Shown here: positions 63,042 to 64,000 of the stretch, one piece after another | How the letters are laid out: each line of letters starts with the position of its first letter | Position numbering within the stretch: the stretch's first letter is position 1 | Origin: Callorhinchus milii | Lineage: Eukaryota | Assembly (NCBI RefSeq): GCF_018977255.1 | Contig: NW_024704743.1 | Span: forward strand, 13,332,001-13,396,000 | DNA length: 64,000 bases | Direction of reading: 5' to 3' | Program-made: the position numbers and the translations under genes | The notes under the pieces: model-generated | Databases searched by the model: none | What the model saw: the letters and a program-made list of their open reading frames with translations, nothing else | Told to the model about the DNA's origin: nothing

Positions 63042-64000
63042 CTTAAACACGGAAACCCACTTAACCTATAGCCCAGGTTTACTGCAGTTGTTCTCGCATT
63101 GCAGTTCATCATGAGATGACGAAGAGCAAATTGAGATGGCAGACAGGAGTTTACTGCCAACTCCACAACATTTACTTAATTCTGGGCTCAAGGTAAATGA
63201 AGGTGAAGATGGCACATTAGCCTGTACAGAGCTTCGCTAACCAATACCAAATACTTTTAATATTACAGAGGCATGATTATATTTGTAGCCCATTATAGGT
63301 AAACTTAAAATGTTTGCAATTAAAAGCTTGTTCTCACTCTGGCTGAAGGCATAGTGCAGTTATACTCTACCACAGCTCCAGTGGAGTTGGAGTGGTGTGA
63401 AATTGTCTATCTGAGATGGGCTCACACTACTTGCCTGAATCATGTTCGCAATTCCTGTTACAGTAGGTAATACTGTAGTGTTTGGATTGAGTCAGTACAT
63501 TAGCTCCATTGCTCTGGTGTAAACTTCAGTGCTTCAGGGTTAAACTCTGTGGTGTAATCTCAGCATAAGACTCTGGAAATGCAGCAGTATGTTGGGCCTG
63601 GGTGCTGAATTTAATGTTAAGCCTTGGTATTACCAGCAATCCCAATAAGCGCTGCCTGTAAAACTGATCAAAAAAAAAAAAATACTTGTTCCTCTTATAG
63701 AGTATCAAAACTATGAATGTTGAAAGCCCCCTCAATATTTCACGATATCCGATGCACAGTTTTACCTGAGAGAATAACCTCTTTCTCTTTAAGATACTGA
63801 TTGACCTGCTGCAGATTTCCATCTTATGCCGGTTTACTTTTTGTGAGGCTAAACCCACCTCCTTTCCCTGCGTTTATTCATTATCCGTGTCGGGGCTGGG
63901 AAACAGCATTGCTTTTCTTTCTATTAACTTTCCTTTAACACTTTTGTGTTTGAATCCAGTATCTTTAAATTGATGGATTATAGGATGACTGCAATCTTGG

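Overview
This is repeat-rich, non-coding vertebrate DNA. The retroelement mix (CR1 and L2 LINEs, DeuSINE/SacSINE1-like and AmnSINE2-like SINEs) points to a cartilaginous fish, probably a chimaera; that assignment is inference. A CpG-island promoter/first exon at ~7000-7412 ends in a consensus + strand donor (ACG|GTAAGT). It is bracketed by an ~800 bp G-run tract upstream and a ~2.1 kb GGCTGGCTGTTTGCG minisatellite downstream. The remainder looks like the long 5' introns of an unidentified gene, with a few candidate UTR or alternative first exons, many 5'-truncated L2/CR1 copies and ~20 copies or fragments of a tRNA-derived, L2-tailed SINE. I recognise no host protein, and the long ORFs are LINE remnants or repeat artefacts. 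I found no convincing new gene system. The best leads are: (1) two different L2 subfamilies inserted at the same site in two separate CR1 copies; (2) a stepwise change of the SINE 3' stem-loop to match the youngest L2; (3) the repeat-bracketed promoter; (4) several ATG-initiated mini-exons that all end in phase 1. Element boundaries were read by eye and are approximate.
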